A DNA stretch of 61,815 nt, counting the filler. It is 6 parts of 6 records of this genome, joined end to end, with 100 filler letters (N's around TTAATTAATTAA, not from the genome) between each part and the next. Parts side by side here need not be neighbours in the genome. Positions count along the whole stretch, not along the records: positions 8,936 to 16,906 come from SRR20825006_2135; positions 17,007 to 34,487 come from SRR20825006_2136; 4 more parts are not named here. One strand, 5' to 3'. How positions within the stretch are numbered: position 1 is the first letter of the stretch; each line of letters begins with the position of its first letter. Position numbers and translations under genes: made by a program. Shown here one piece after another: positions 9,469-19,654 of this stretch. The notes under the pieces were generated by a model, which saw only the letters and a list, made by a program, of their open reading frames with translations, did no database searches and was not told where the DNA came from.

Positions 9469-11054
9469 GCGGGTCGTTTTCGCGCAGCCAGCAGACCCGC
9501 AAGCCGGGTGTAACGGCCACCTCGGGCGGTGTCGTCGCAGCCCAGCATGTGGTTGCCGCCGAGGTTGGGGCCGAAGTCCTGGCCGCAGGCGGTGACGCGG
9601 TCGATGCCGCCGTCGCCGTAAGCTTTGCCATTGGCGTGGTCGAACCGTGGATGTCCGGCCCCATGGGCGGCGGTGCCATGATGCTGTGGCGTGAAGGCGA
9701 AAGCCGCGCCCATGCGCTGAACTATGGCATGCGCTCGTCCGCCACGCTGGACGTGTCGCATTATCCGCTGTCGGGTGCCGGCAAGGCATCGGACCTCTTC
9801 CCGTGGGAAGCCGTGGTCGAGGACCGCAACGTCACAGGTGCCACATCGGTGGCCGTGCCCGGCACGATGGCAGGCATTTCCGCCGCACACGGCCGCTTTG
9901 GCCGGATGCCGTGGGACACGCTGCTGGCCCCCGCCGTCGATCTGGCCAAACGCGGCTTGCACGTGGATTGGTACGCGGCCCTTGTCATCGCCTCCAGCGC
10001 CCGCGATCTGGCGTTGGACCCGGACGCGGCGGCGCTGTATCTGGACGATGGCCAATGGCCCAAAGGCTCCGGCTGGACCGCGCTGGCCGATCAGCGGCTG
10101 GACCAAAGCAAGATGGCCGAAACGCTGGAACAGCTGGCCCGCGAGGGCGAAGCGGCCTTCTATCGTGGCGACATCGCTGCGGCGCTTGTGCGCGATGTGA
10201 CCGACAAGGGCGGCTTCCTGTCCATGGACGACATGCGCGATTACAGCGTCACATGGTCCGACCCGCTGGCGATCCCCTTCCGCGATGGCACCATCCACGC
10301 CATGCCCGGCCTGACCGCAGGCCCGACGCTGGCCGACGCGCTTGCCCGCTGGCAGGATGGCTATGACGTCGCCGATGCCGACAGCCCCGCCGCCTATGTC
10401 GCCCGCGCCAACGGGCTGCGCGCGGCCTATGCCGACCGGCTGAGCAATATGGGCGACCACGAAAGCGCCAAGGCCCCCGGTTGCACCACGCATTTTTCCA
10501 TCGTGGACAGCGCCGGCAACATGGTGTCGATGACACAAACCCTGCTGTCGATCTTCGGCTCCAAGGTGGTGTCGCCCTCGACCGGGCTGAGCCTGAACAA
10601 CGGCATCATGTGGTTCGACCCCGAGCCGGGCAAGCCCAACTCTCTGGGTCCCGACAAAGCCTGTCTGATGAACGTCTGCCCCGTCGTCGGTGAAACCCCG
10701 ACCCGCCGCTTTGCGCTGGGGGCCTCGGGCGGACGCAAGATCATGCCCGCCGTGGCGCAGATCAGCGGTCACCTGATGGAACAGGGCATGTCGATGCAGG
10801 ACGCCATCGAAGCGCCGCGCATTGACGCCTCGGGCGGTGCGCAGGTTGTGGCAGACGAACGGCTTGCCGGTCCCGTGGCCGACGCGCTGGCGGACAATTT
10901 CCCGCTGGCGCTGGCGCAGCGACTGCCGTTCCCCTTTGCCTTTGCCTGCCCCGCAGGGGTGATGCGCGAGGGCACCACCAATTCCGGCACCACGGAAACC
11001 ATGTCCCCCTGGGGCGATGGCGTGGCTGAACCCGAAACCAAAAAGGCCCCTTGA
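9465..11054 (+). CDS. Gamma-glutamyltransferase family Ntn-hydrolase
   Basis: GGDAVDAAVA...VVEPWMSG, SVAVPG, nucleophile CTTHFSIVD, NNGIMWFDP, GASGG; ATGA overlap with the ATPase gene. Confidence 0.92.
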   Translation: MSGSFSRSQQTRKPGVTATSGGVVAAQHVVAAEVGAEVLAAGGDAVDAAVAVSFAIGVVEPWMSGPMGGGAMMLWREGESRAHALNYGMRSSATLDVSHYPLSGAGKASDLFPWEAVVEDRNVTGATSVAVPGTMAGISAAHGRFGRMPWDTLLAPAVDLAKRGLHVDWYAALVIASSARDLALDPDAAALYLDDGQWPKGSGWTALADQRLDQSKMAETLEQLAREGEAAFYRGDIAAALVRDVTDKGGFLSMDDMRDYSVTWSDPLAIPFRDGTIHAMPGLTAGPTLADALARWQDGYDVADADSPAAYVARANGLRAAYADRLSNMGDHESAKAPGCTTHFSIVDSAGNMVSMTQTLLSIFGSKVVSPSTGLSLNNGIMWFDPEPGKPNSLGPDKACLMNVCPVVGETPTRRFALGASGGRKIMPAVAQISGHLMEQGMSMQDAIEAPRIDASGGAQVVADERLAGPVADALADNFPLALAQRLPFPFAFACPAGVMREGTTNSGTTETMSPWGDGVAEPETKKAP

Positions 11055-12443
11055 ATGACCCTGCAAGACTCTGCCCGCGCCAATATCGAAACCTATTTCG
11101 ACGATGGTGATTTCCAACGCGAGCTGGCCACGCTGGTGTCCCGTCCCACAGAAAGCCAGGACCCGCGCGGCAAGCCGCACCTGCACGCCTATCTGCACGA
11201 CGACATGGCCCCGATGCTGGAAGCCATGGGGTTCACCTGTCAGTTCCACGACAACCCCGTGCCCGACGGCCCGCCCATCCTGACCGCCGAGCGGATCGAG
11301 GATGCAAACCTGCCCACGGTCCTGACCTATGGCCACGGCGACGTGGTCCGCGCGCAAGAGGGCCAGTGGCGCGAGGGGTTGACCCCGTTCGAGCTGATCG
11401 AGGAAGGCGACCGCCTGTACGGGCGCGGGTCGGCTGACAACAAGGTCCAGCACCTGATCAACCTGCGTGCAATGCAGGCGGTGCTGAAGGCACAGGGCCA
11501 CTTGGGCTTTAACGCCAAGGTCATCATCGAAATGGGCGAAGAGGCCGGATCGCCCGGCCTGAAGGAATTCTGCACCACCAACGCCGACCTGCTCAGCGCG
11601 GACGTGTTCATCGCGTCCGACGGCCCGCGCTTGCGCCCTGCGGCGCCCACGATCTTTACCGGATCGCGCGGCGGCGTCAGCTTTGATCTCGAGGTCAACC
11701 TGCGCGAGGGGGCCAACCACTCGGGCAACTTCGGCGGTCTGCTGGCGGACCCCGCGATGATCCTGTCGCACGCCCTGGCCAGCATCACCGACGCGCGCGG
11801 CCAGATCCGCGTGCCGGAATGGCGCCCGACCAGCCTGACCCCCCGCATCCGCGAGGTGCTGGCCGCCCTGCCCGCCCACGACACCGGCATCGACCTGGAC
11901 GCCGATTGGGGCGAGGCGGACCTGAGCCCCGCCGAGCGCGTGTTCGGCTGGAACAGCTTTGCCATTCTGGCAATGACCGCAGGCGTGCCCGCCGCACCCG
12001 TCAACGCCATCGCCGGATCGGCCCGCGCCACTTGCCAGCTGCGGCTCGTGGTCGGCACCGAGGTTGACGACATCCTGCCCGCCCTGCGCCGCCATCTGGA
12101 CCGCGAAGGGTTCGACAAGGTCAAGATCGTCGCGCACAGCCGCAACAGCTTTCCGGCCACACGGCTGGACCCCGACCACCCGATGGTCCGTTTCGCCACC
12201 GCGTCGATTGAAAAAAGCGTGGGCACAGCACCGGACATCCTGCCGAACCTTGGCGGCTCGTTGCCCAACGATTGCTTTGCCGAGGTACTGGGCCTGCCGA
12301 CGATCTGGGTGCCGCATTCCTATGCGGGTTGCTCGCAGCACGCGCCCAACGAACATATCCTGAAATCCCTGTCGCGTCAGGCGCTGGTGGCAATGACCGG
12401 ACTGTTCGCCGATCTGGCCGAACAAGGCCTGCCAAAGGATTGA
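11055..12443 (+). CDS. M20 family metallopeptidase (dipeptidase/deacylase-like)
   Basis: YGHGDVV, YGRGSADNK, EMGEE and QHAPNEH metal-ligand motifs. Confidence 0.92.
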   Translation: MTLQDSARANIETYFDDGDFQRELATLVSRPTESQDPRGKPHLHAYLHDDMAPMLEAMGFTCQFHDNPVPDGPPILTAERIEDANLPTVLTYGHGDVVRAQEGQWREGLTPFELIEEGDRLYGRGSADNKVQHLINLRAMQAVLKAQGHLGFNAKVIIEMGEEAGSPGLKEFCTTNADLLSADVFIASDGPRLRPAAPTIFTGSRGGVSFDLEVNLREGANHSGNFGGLLADPAMILSHALASITDARGQIRVPEWRPTSLTPRIREVLAALPAHDTGIDLDADWGEADLSPAERVFGWNSFAILAMTAGVPAAPVNAIAGSARATCQLRLVVGTEVDDILPALRRHLDREGFDKVKIVAHSRNSFPATRLDPDHPMVRFATASIEKSVGTAPDILPNLGGSLPNDCFAEVLGLPTIWVPHSYAGCSQHAPNEHILKSLSRQALVAMTGLFADLAEQGLPKD

Positions 12444-12447
12444 TCCG

Positions 12448-13758
12448 GTGCCCGTTGCCCCTCAGGACATGATCGCCCTACGCGACACCGTGCGTGCGGG
12501 GCAGTCGGCCCTGTGGGTCAATCCTGCCTATATGCCTGCCCCCGATCCCGTGGCGCGCGCCGATCTGGACAAGGCCCGCGATGACTGGGCCATGCTGGCC
12601 CCGCTGTTGGCGCGGCTGTTCCCTGAATTGGAAGCCTCGGGCGGGCGCATCGCCTCGGACCTGATCGCGGCCCCTGCCGGAGCCTTTGGCGATCATGCAG
12701 ACACCCTGCTGATCAAGGGCGACCACGCCCTGCCGGTGGCCGGGTCCATCAAGGCGCGCGGCGGTCTGTTCGAGGTGTTCATGTGCGCCGTCACCCAGGC
12801 CCGCGCCGCAGGAATACTTGGCCCTGACGATCCCGTAACCCGTCTGGCCGACATGCGCGATTTCTTTGCGGCCCGCACGATTGCTGTGGGGTCCACCGGC
12901 AATCTGGGCCTGAGCGTCGGCATCGCCGCGCGCGCGCTTGGGTATGCCTGTGTCGTGCATATGTCCAGCGACGCCAAGCCGTGGAAGGTCGACCGCCTGC
13001 GCAAGCTGGGTGTCGAGGTGGTGCTGCACACCGCGGATTACACCACCGCCGTTGCCGCCGCGCGCGATGCCACGGCGGACGATCCCGACAGCTATTTTGT
13101 CGATGACGAATCCTCGGAACTGCTGTTTCGCGGCTACAGTGCGGCAGCGGCGGAACTGGCCGCGCAACTGGACGCAATGGGCATTGCCATCGGCCCCGAC
13201 CGCCCGCTGTGCCTGTACCTGCCCTGCGGTATCGGCGGCGCGCCGGGTGGCATTGCCTATGGCGCGCGGGCGGTGTTCGGCCCCCACGCACACAGCTTTT
13301 TCGTCGAGCCGCAGCAATCTGCCTCGGCCCTGTGCCATATGGCGTTCGATGCGCCGTCCGTGCACGATCTGGGCCTCAGCAACCGGACCGAGGCCGACGG
13401 CATGGCGGTCGCGACCCTGTCCCCGCTGGTGCGCGCGCGCATGCACGACCGTTTGGCGGGCGTCTGCACCGTGGGCGACGCGGACATGCTGCGCTGGGTC
13501 GCGGCGGGACATGCGCACGGGCTGCAATTCGAACCCTCGGCCACTGCCGGTTTTGCCGGACCGCACCATCTGATGAACAGCGCGACCGGTGCAGCGTTTC
13601 GCACGGCTCACATGCCCCATGTCGCGCCCGAAAACATTGTCCACGTCGTCTGGGCCACCGGCGGCCTGTTCGTCCCCAACGCCGCGCACCGTGCCTTTCT
13701 GGAGGCTGCCGCAGCCATGCCCGCCGCCCTTGACCTGCCACAGGAGATCACCCCATGA
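12448..13758 (+). CDS. dsdA: D-serine ammonia-lyase (PLP fold II)
   Basis: LIKGDHALPVAGSIKARGG (PLP lysine), GSTGNLG, FVDDE, YLPCGIGGAPGG, VWATGG. Confidence 0.9.
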   Translation: MPVAPQDMIALRDTVRAGQSALWVNPAYMPAPDPVARADLDKARDDWAMLAPLLARLFPELEASGGRIASDLIAAPAGAFGDHADTLLIKGDHALPVAGSIKARGGLFEVFMCAVTQARAAGILGPDDPVTRLADMRDFFAARTIAVGSTGNLGLSVGIAARALGYACVVHMSSDAKPWKVDRLRKLGVEVVLHTADYTTAVAAARDATADDPDSYFVDDESSELLFRGYSAAAAELAAQLDAMGIAIGPDRPLCLYLPCGIGGAPGGIAYGARAVFGPHAHSFFVEPQQSASALCHMAFDAPSVHDLGLSNRTEADGMAVATLSPLVRARMHDRLAGVCTVGDADMLRWVAAGHAHGLQFEPSATAGFAGPHHLMNSATGAAFRTAHMPHVAPENIVHVVWATGGLFVPNAAHRAFLEAAAAMPAALDLPQEITP

Positions 13759-15245
13759 CCAACCCCGCCAGCCTTGGCGCCATCGACGCGCGCCGCCTGA
13801 TCGCGCGCAAACAACTGTCGCCGGTCGAGCTGGCCGAGGCGTGCATCGCGCGGGTCGAGACGCTGGACCACGCGGTAAACGCCCTGATCGCGCGCGACTT
13901 TGACGGGATGCTGGAGGGGGCGAAAAAGGCCGAAACCGCCGTGATGTCGGGCGCGCCCTTGGGCGCGTTGCACGGCCTGCCCTTTGCGGTGAAGGACATG
14001 ATTGATGTGACGGGCCTGCCCACCACCTTCGGGTCCGAAGCTTTTGCCAACAACATCGCCACAGGCGACGACGCCATTGTTGCCGCCATGCGTGCCGCAG
14101 GCGGTCTGCCGATGGGCAAGACCAATACTCCGGAATGGAGTGCGGGCGGCAACACCCGCAACCGCGTCAACGGTGTGACAGCCAACCCCTACGACCTGAC
14201 GCGCACTTGTGCCGGATCATCGGGCGGCTCGGCGGTGGCGCTGGCCTGTGACTATGCCCCGCTGGCCACCGGATCGGACACCGGCGGCAGCTTGCGCAAC
14301 CCGGCGGCCTATTGCGGCATCGTGGGCTACCGGCCCAGCCCCGGCGTGGTGCCGGGCAACACCCGCGCGGCAGGGCTGATCCCCATGCCCACCTCGAGTC
14401 CGATGGCGCGAAGTGTGGCCAATGCGGGGTTGATGCTGTCCGTGCTGGCCCGCCCCGACCGCAACGACCCGTTCACCACCGTGATCGACGGACGCACACC
14501 GTGGGATGCGGCAAGCTTTGCCAACCTGCCGCGCCGTGATCTGACATCCTTGCGCATTGCGGTCACCGAAGATTACGGTTTTGCCCCCACCGAAGCGCTG
14601 ATCCGCAACCACTTCCGCGCGATCCTGCCCAAGCTGGCACCGTTCCTGGGCGACATGATCGAAGCCACCCCTGATTGCACCGACGCCGACCGCATCTTTT
14701 CCGTCCTGCGCGGGGTGCAGTTCCTGGGCGTCCACGCAAAACTTTACGACGAAACGCCCGATCAGGTCGGCCCCAACGTGGCCGAGAACGTCCGCGAAGG
14801 CCGCAGCTATTCCGCCGAGGACGTGGCACAGGCGATCTTTGCCCAAGGGCGCTATCACCGCGATTGGCAGGCGTTCTTCGAGACGCACGACTTTATCATC
14901 TCGCCCGCCGTCACCATCAGCCCGCGCCCGTGGCGTGAACTGTACCCGACCGAAATCGACGGCACACCCACCAAAAGCTATTATCACTGGCTGGCGATGG
15001 CTTATGCCTCGACCATTCCGGGGCATCCGTCGATCACGATCCCCTGCGGGATGGACGCGAACGGTATGCCCTTCGGTCTGCAAATCGTCGGGCGTCGTCA
15101 CGACGATCTGGGCGTGCTGGCCGTCGCCGCCGAACTGGAAGCGATCATCGCAGGCACCGACCTGGCCGTGCCCGCCCCCGACTTTGCCGCCCTGCGCACC
15201 GCCCCGCCGCTGTCGCAGGCGGACGAATTCCTGACATTCAACTGA
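13755..15245 (+). CDS. Amidase signature family protein
   Basis: LHGLPFAVKD, GSSGGSA and GSDTGGSLRNPA (Lys-cisSer-Ser triad); ATGA overlap with dsdA. Confidence 0.93.
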   Translation: MTNPASLGAIDARRLIARKQLSPVELAEACIARVETLDHAVNALIARDFDGMLEGAKKAETAVMSGAPLGALHGLPFAVKDMIDVTGLPTTFGSEAFANNIATGDDAIVAAMRAAGGLPMGKTNTPEWSAGGNTRNRVNGVTANPYDLTRTCAGSSGGSAVALACDYAPLATGSDTGGSLRNPAAYCGIVGYRPSPGVVPGNTRAAGLIPMPTSSPMARSVANAGLMLSVLARPDRNDPFTTVIDGRTPWDAASFANLPRRDLTSLRIAVTEDYGFAPTEALIRNHFRAILPKLAPFLGDMIEATPDCTDADRIFSVLRGVQFLGVHAKLYDETPDQVGPNVAENVREGRSYSAEDVAQAIFAQGRYHRDWQAFFETHDFIISPAVTISPRPWRELYPTEIDGTPTKSYYHWLAMAYASTIPGHPSITIPCGMDANGMPFGLQIVGRRHDDLGVLAVAAELEAIIAGTDLAVPAPDFAALRTAPPLSQADEFLTFN

Positions 15246-15257
15246 AAGGCCAAAGCC

Positions 15258-15590
15258 ATGAACATCCCCCTCTCGAAAACACGCCGCATCGACAACACCC
15301 TGTATCTGTCGGGCGAGCTGGGCTTTGACGCCAACGGCAAGATCCCCGAAGGCATCACCGCCCAGACCGAAAACTGCATCGCCAACATCAAGGCGACGCT
15401 GGCCACCGAAGGGCTGGATTTGTCGCACGTGATCTCGGCCACCTGTTACCTGACCGATCCGGCGGATTTTGCCGACTTTAACGCGGTCTATGCCGCCGCT
15501 TTCCCGCAACCTTACCCCGTGCGCACAACCCTTGCCGCCGCGCTGATGATCGACGCCAAGGTCGAAATCACCGTGATCGCACAAGGCTGA
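15258..15590 (+). CDS. RidA family enamine/imine deaminase
   Basis: LYLSGELG, FNAVYA, PVRT (catalytic Arg), KVEITVIA. Confidence 0.9.
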   Translation: MNIPLSKTRRIDNTLYLSGELGFDANGKIPEGITAQTENCIANIKATLATEGLDLSHVISATCYLTDPADFADFNAVYAAAFPQPYPVRTTLAAALMIDAKVEITVIAQG

Positions 15591-15595
15591 CCGGA

Positions 15596-16816
15596 ATGGC
15601 CGATTTCCTTGTTCTGGGTGCCGGCATGGTCGGTATCGGCACCGCACTGGCCTTGCAGGCGCAGGGCCACGCGGTGCGCGTGATCGACCAGCGCGGACCG
15701 GGCGAGGGAACCAGCCATGGCAACGCGGGCGTCATTCAGACCGAGGCCCGCGCGCCCTATGCCATGCCGCGCGATCTGGCGACGCTGCTGCGTTACGGGC
15801 TGGGACGCAGCAATGATTTTCGGCTGGACCCCACGGTTCTGCCGGGGTCGGCACGGGCGCTGCTGGGCTATTTCCGCCACTCGGCCCCCGCCCGCTATGC
15901 CCAAGCGATCCCGCATTACGCCGCACTGGTCGCCCGCGCGACCGACGATCACGGCCCGCTGGTGGCCGACGCAGGCGCCGACGCCCTGATCCGCCGCACC
16001 GGACTGGGCGAGATTTACGAGACCGCGCAGGATTTCGACGCGCGTGCGCAGACCGCCACCGACTTTGCCAAAACCCACGGGTTGGCGCTGCGCTGCGTGG
16101 ACGGGTCCGACCTGCGCACCGAAGAACCGGCGCTGACCCGCAGCCCGGCGGGTGCCATCGTCTGGGACGAAAGCTGGAGCACATCCGACCCCGGCGCGCT
16201 GGTCCGCGCCTATGCCAAACTGTTCGAAACACGCGGCGGCACGATCCTGCAAAGCGCCGTTCACCAGATCACCGAGACCATCACAGGCTGGCGCGTGGAC
16301 CGCGATGGCGGCCACCTGAGCGCGGAACATCTGGTGGTGGCACTGGGGCCATGGTCGCCTGCGATGTTGAAACCGCTGGGCTACCGTGTGCCGATGGTGA
16401 TGAAACGCGGCTATCACGGGCACTACGATATGCAGGGGACGCTGGCCCGACCCTATCTGCTGGCCGATCACGGCGTGGTCATCTCGAATATGGCGCGCGG
16501 CCTGCGCATCACCACGGGCGCGCATCTGGCCCGCACGACGGCCCCGCAAAATCTGGCGCAACTGACCCACGGAGCAGCCGCGGCGGGCGCATTGGTCGGA
16601 TTGAACGGCCCGGTGCCTGACAGCCAGTGGCAAGGCGTTCGGCCCTGCCTGCCGCGCATGTTGCCCATGGTGGGCCGTGCGCCGCGTCACGACAAACTGT
16701 GGTTCAACTTCGGGCACGGGCATCAGGGCCTGACCCTTGGGCCGACCACCGGCGCGCTGCTGGCCGACATTGTGGATGGCCGGGACGATGCGCTGACGCG
16801 GGCGCTTGCGCCCTAG
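15596..16816 (+). CDS. D-amino acid dehydrogenase-like FAD oxidoreductase (DadA family)
   Basis: VLGAGMVG, TSHGNAG, KRGYH, WQGVRPC, NFGHGHQGLTLGPTTG. Confidence 0.88.
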   Translation: MADFLVLGAGMVGIGTALALQAQGHAVRVIDQRGPGEGTSHGNAGVIQTEARAPYAMPRDLATLLRYGLGRSNDFRLDPTVLPGSARALLGYFRHSAPARYAQAIPHYAALVARATDDHGPLVADAGADALIRRTGLGEIYETAQDFDARAQTATDFAKTHGLALRCVDGSDLRTEEPALTRSPAGAIVWDESWSTSDPGALVRAYAKLFETRGGTILQSAVHQITETITGWRVDRDGGHLSAEHLVVALGPWSPAMLKPLGYRVPMVMKRGYHGHYDMQGTLARPYLLADHGVVISNMARGLRITTGAHLARTTAPQNLAQLTHGAAAAGALVGLNGPVPDSQWQGVRPCLPRMLPMVGRAPRHDKLWFNFGHGHQGLTLGPTTGALLADIVDGRDDALTRALAP

Positions 16817-16826
16817 AACCGCCCCC

Positions 16827-16906
16827 TTAAAACGGCAGGGGCGCGTTGTCCTTGACCTCTTTCATCACGAAAAAGCTGCGGATCTGGCGCACGCCCGGCA
16901 GGGCGA
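16827..16906 (-). CDS. Lrp/AsnC family regulator, C-terminal fragment
   Basis: Manual translation ...ALPGVRQIRSFFVMKEVKDNAPLPF*, the typical Lrp/AsnC C-terminus. Absent from the ORF track. Confidence 0.8.
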
Positions 16907-17006
16907 NNNNNNNNNNNNNNNNNNNNNNNNNNNNNNNNNNNNNNNNNNNNTTAATTAATTAANNNNNNNNNNNNNNNNNNNNNNNNNNNNNNNNNNNNNN
17001 NNNNNN
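16907..17006. other. Artificial contig spacer 2
   Basis: N run + TTAATTAATTAA + N run. Confidence 0.99.
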
Positions 17007-18364
17007 ACGATCACCAGCACGATACCGATGAACGAGGTGATGCTGTGCAGCGGCAACTGTTCCAGCATGGTGAACAGCTTCAACTCAAGACCCGCATCCG
17101 CGATCTCCTGATGACCAGCCTGCAGAAGGGACAGGGCCGTCCCGCCGAACGCCGTCATCCAGAGCACGGAGACGACAGACGGGATGATCAGCACGCAGAA
17201 CAGGAACTCACGCACGGTCCGGCCACGGCTGACACGGGCAATGAACATGCCGACGAACGGTGACCAGGAAATCCACCAGGCCCAGTAGAACGAGGTCCAG
17301 CCCTGGGAGAAGTTCGCATCGGAACGCCCGAACGGGTTTGAAAGTGCCGGCAGGTATTCAATATATGCCAGCAGGTTCGAGAAGAACCCGGTCGCGATCG
17401 CAAGTGTCGGCCCGACGATGATGACGAAGCCAAGCAGCAGGATCGCCAGCACCATGTTGATCTCGGACAGCCGCTTCACACCAGCATCGAGACCCGCCAC
17501 GACGGAGATCAGCGCGAGGCCCGTGATCCCGGAGATCAGAATAACCTTGGACGTGTTGTTCACGGGAATGTCGAACAGGAAGTTGAGACCCGCTATTGCC
17601 TGCTCCGCACCAATACCAAGCGATGTCGCAAGCCCGAACAGGGTCGCGAAAACCGCCAGCGTATCGATGGCATGCCCGGTCCAGCCCCAGACCCGCTCTC
17701 CGAAAATCGGATAGAAGATCGACCGGATGCTGAGCGGCAGACCTTTATTGTAGGAGAAAAGCGCCAGGGATAGCGCCACAACGGCGTAAATCGCCCACGG
17801 GTGAAGCCCCCAGTGGAAGATCGTTGCCGCCATGCCAAGCCGGTGCGCTTCCGCCGGATCGCCTGCGGCCCCTGCAAGCGGTGCCCAACTCTCCGGAGAG
17901 CCGGCCCCTTCTGCGAGGGACGAGGAGAAATGGGAAATCGGCTCCGACACGCCATAGAACATCAACCCGATGCCCATGCCCGCTGCGAACAGCATCGAGA
18001 ACCAGCCCGCATAGGAATAGTCGGGTTTAGCCTCGGTCCCGCCCAGCCTGATCTTGCCGAGCGGCGAGACGATCAGCGCCAGCGTCAGCAGGACAAAGAT
18101 GTTACCCGCCGCCAGGAAAAACCAGTCAAAGCTGGAAGTCAGCGTCGGCCGCAGCCAGCCGAAGAATTCTCCTGCTTCCGTTGGCAGAGCCAACGCATAA
18201 AAGACCAGCAGCATGATGCCTCCGGCCGAGATGGCGAACACCGGGTTATGGATGTCCATCCCGAACGGGCCGATTTGTGGCTGCACATTGTGCTGACCTA
18301 TCTCATAGTCTGTATCGATAACATTCGCTTCCCCGTCGGGGCCGCGCTCTGTTACTTCGCTCAT
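17007..18364 (-). CDS. BCCT family transporter (3' truncated)
   Basis: WFSMLFAAGMGIGLMFYGVSEP, FHWGLHPWAIY, WTSFYWAWWISWSPFVGMFIARVSRGRTVREF. Confidence 0.95.
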
Positions 18365-18592
18365 AATGCCTCCCCTGGCACATACCTGCGACGGCGTGCC
18401 GGATTCATTGATGTCAAAGTCTTGTCCGGAAAGGGTTTCCGGGCCGACGCGTCGTTTTTCACGCGCTCTCTTTGCTATCTATTGTTGTCACACAGGATGA
18501 GTGAGAGCAAATCGGCCCAATGTCTGCTTTGCGACACAATCTCAATCCCGGGCGCCCAAAATACAGGCCGATATGAATTGACGTGGATCAGT

Positions 18593-19534
18593 TTAAGGCG
18601 CGAGAGCCTTGTCGGAGTAGGACGCTCCCCCGCTTGGTTGTGCGAGTTCTGCAAAAACCCAAGCCTCGAACGACTGGATCAGGGGATCTGACATTTTCGA
18701 GCGCGGATAGACCAGATAATATCCGGCATCCTCCTCGATTTTGACATCAGAGAGCGCAGCCAGCATTCCGCTGCCAAGCTCCGACTCGGCCAATGCAGGC
18801 CGCGCCAGGACCACCCCCTGCCCGGCAACGGCGACGTTCAGGATAGAGGCCGCGTCATGGAACACCGCGCCACGCCGGAACCGAAGCCCCGGAGCCCCCG
18901 CCTTCTCGAACCAGGTTCGCCAGAACTCCGTCGAATCCTCATGATGCAATGGCAACTCGGCAATCTGTTCCGGCGTCAGCGGCAGATCATCAAGTGTGTG
19001 GCCCGCGCTCTGTAGCAGGGCCGGGCTGGCGAAAGGCTGTGCGAACCCGTCCATGATCCGCTTCGAGATGGTGCCGGGCCAATCCCCCCTGCCGAAACGC
19101 ACAGCGACATCAATGCCGTCAGAGACAAAATTCGCCAGCGTCACGGAGTGATGCAGATGCACCTCGACATCCGGCTCCAGCGCCGCGAAGGAGCCGAGAC
19201 GCGGCACCAGCAGCTTGTAGGCGACCGACGGCGCGGCGGACACGGTCAGGACCTTCTGGTTCATATCCTCGCAAACCAGCTCCACAGCGCTCGCGATACC
19301 GTCGAAAGCCGCCGAGACCGGACCGAGCAGCTTGGCACCGGCTTCCGTCAGGCGGATCCGCCGGCCGGCCCTGTCGAAAAGGGATACCCCGAACCATTCT
19401 TCGAGCGCGCGGATCTGATGACTGACCGCCGCATGGGTCACGTGAAGCTCATCCGCCGCCTTCGAAACACCGCCCAGACGGGCTGCGGCCTCAAAGGCCC
19501 GGAGAGCAGTAAGAGGGGGAATCTGCCTACTCAT
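18593..19534 (-). CDS. LysR family regulator, GcvA-like
   Basis: PPLTALRAFEAAAR...AADELHVTHAAVSHQIRALE HTH; DVAVRFGRGDWPG. Confidence 0.93.
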   Translation of the reverse strand: MSRQIPPLTALRAFEAAARLGGVSKAADELHVTHAAVSHQIRALEEWFGVSLFDRAGRRIRLTEAGAKLLGPVSAAFDGIASAVELVCEDMNQKVLTVSAAPSVAYKLLVPRLGSFAALEPDVEVHLHHSVTLANFVSDGIDVAVRFGRGDWPGTISKRIMDGFAQPFASPALLQSAGHTLDDLPLTPEQIAELPLHHEDSTEFWRTWFEKAGAPGLRFRRGAVFHDAASILNVAVAGQGVVLARPALAESELGSGMLAALSDVKIEEDAGYYLVYPRSKMSDPLIQSFEAWVFAELAQPSGGASYSDKALAP

Positions 19535-19537
19535 TAT

Positions 19538-19556
19538 ATGTAAATATATCTAACAT
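19538..19556. promoter_or_regulatory. LysR recognition site (T-N11-A)
   Basis: ATGTAAATATATCTAACAT imperfect palindrome directly upstream of the LysR ATG. Confidence 0.65.
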
Positions 19557-19654
19557 AATGGGTGAGAATCAATCATTTGTCCCTGTCGTCACGAAAACCG
19601 ATATTCGGATGTAACAGCGAATTGTCTCCAGCAACCGACAAGTGAGGAAAAGTT

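Noticed and set aside
9384-12425. 1013-aa minus-strand ORF, and similar long antisense ORFs (e.g. 12478-13689, 14217-15647, 21912-23336, 55373-56809, 56742-58235)
   Set aside because: Shadow frames opposite well-supported genes in GC-rich DNA; no recognisable motifs
16817-18364. Functional link between the D-amino-acid operon and the BCCT/LysR genes
   Set aside because: Separated by a contig spacer; adjacency is artificial
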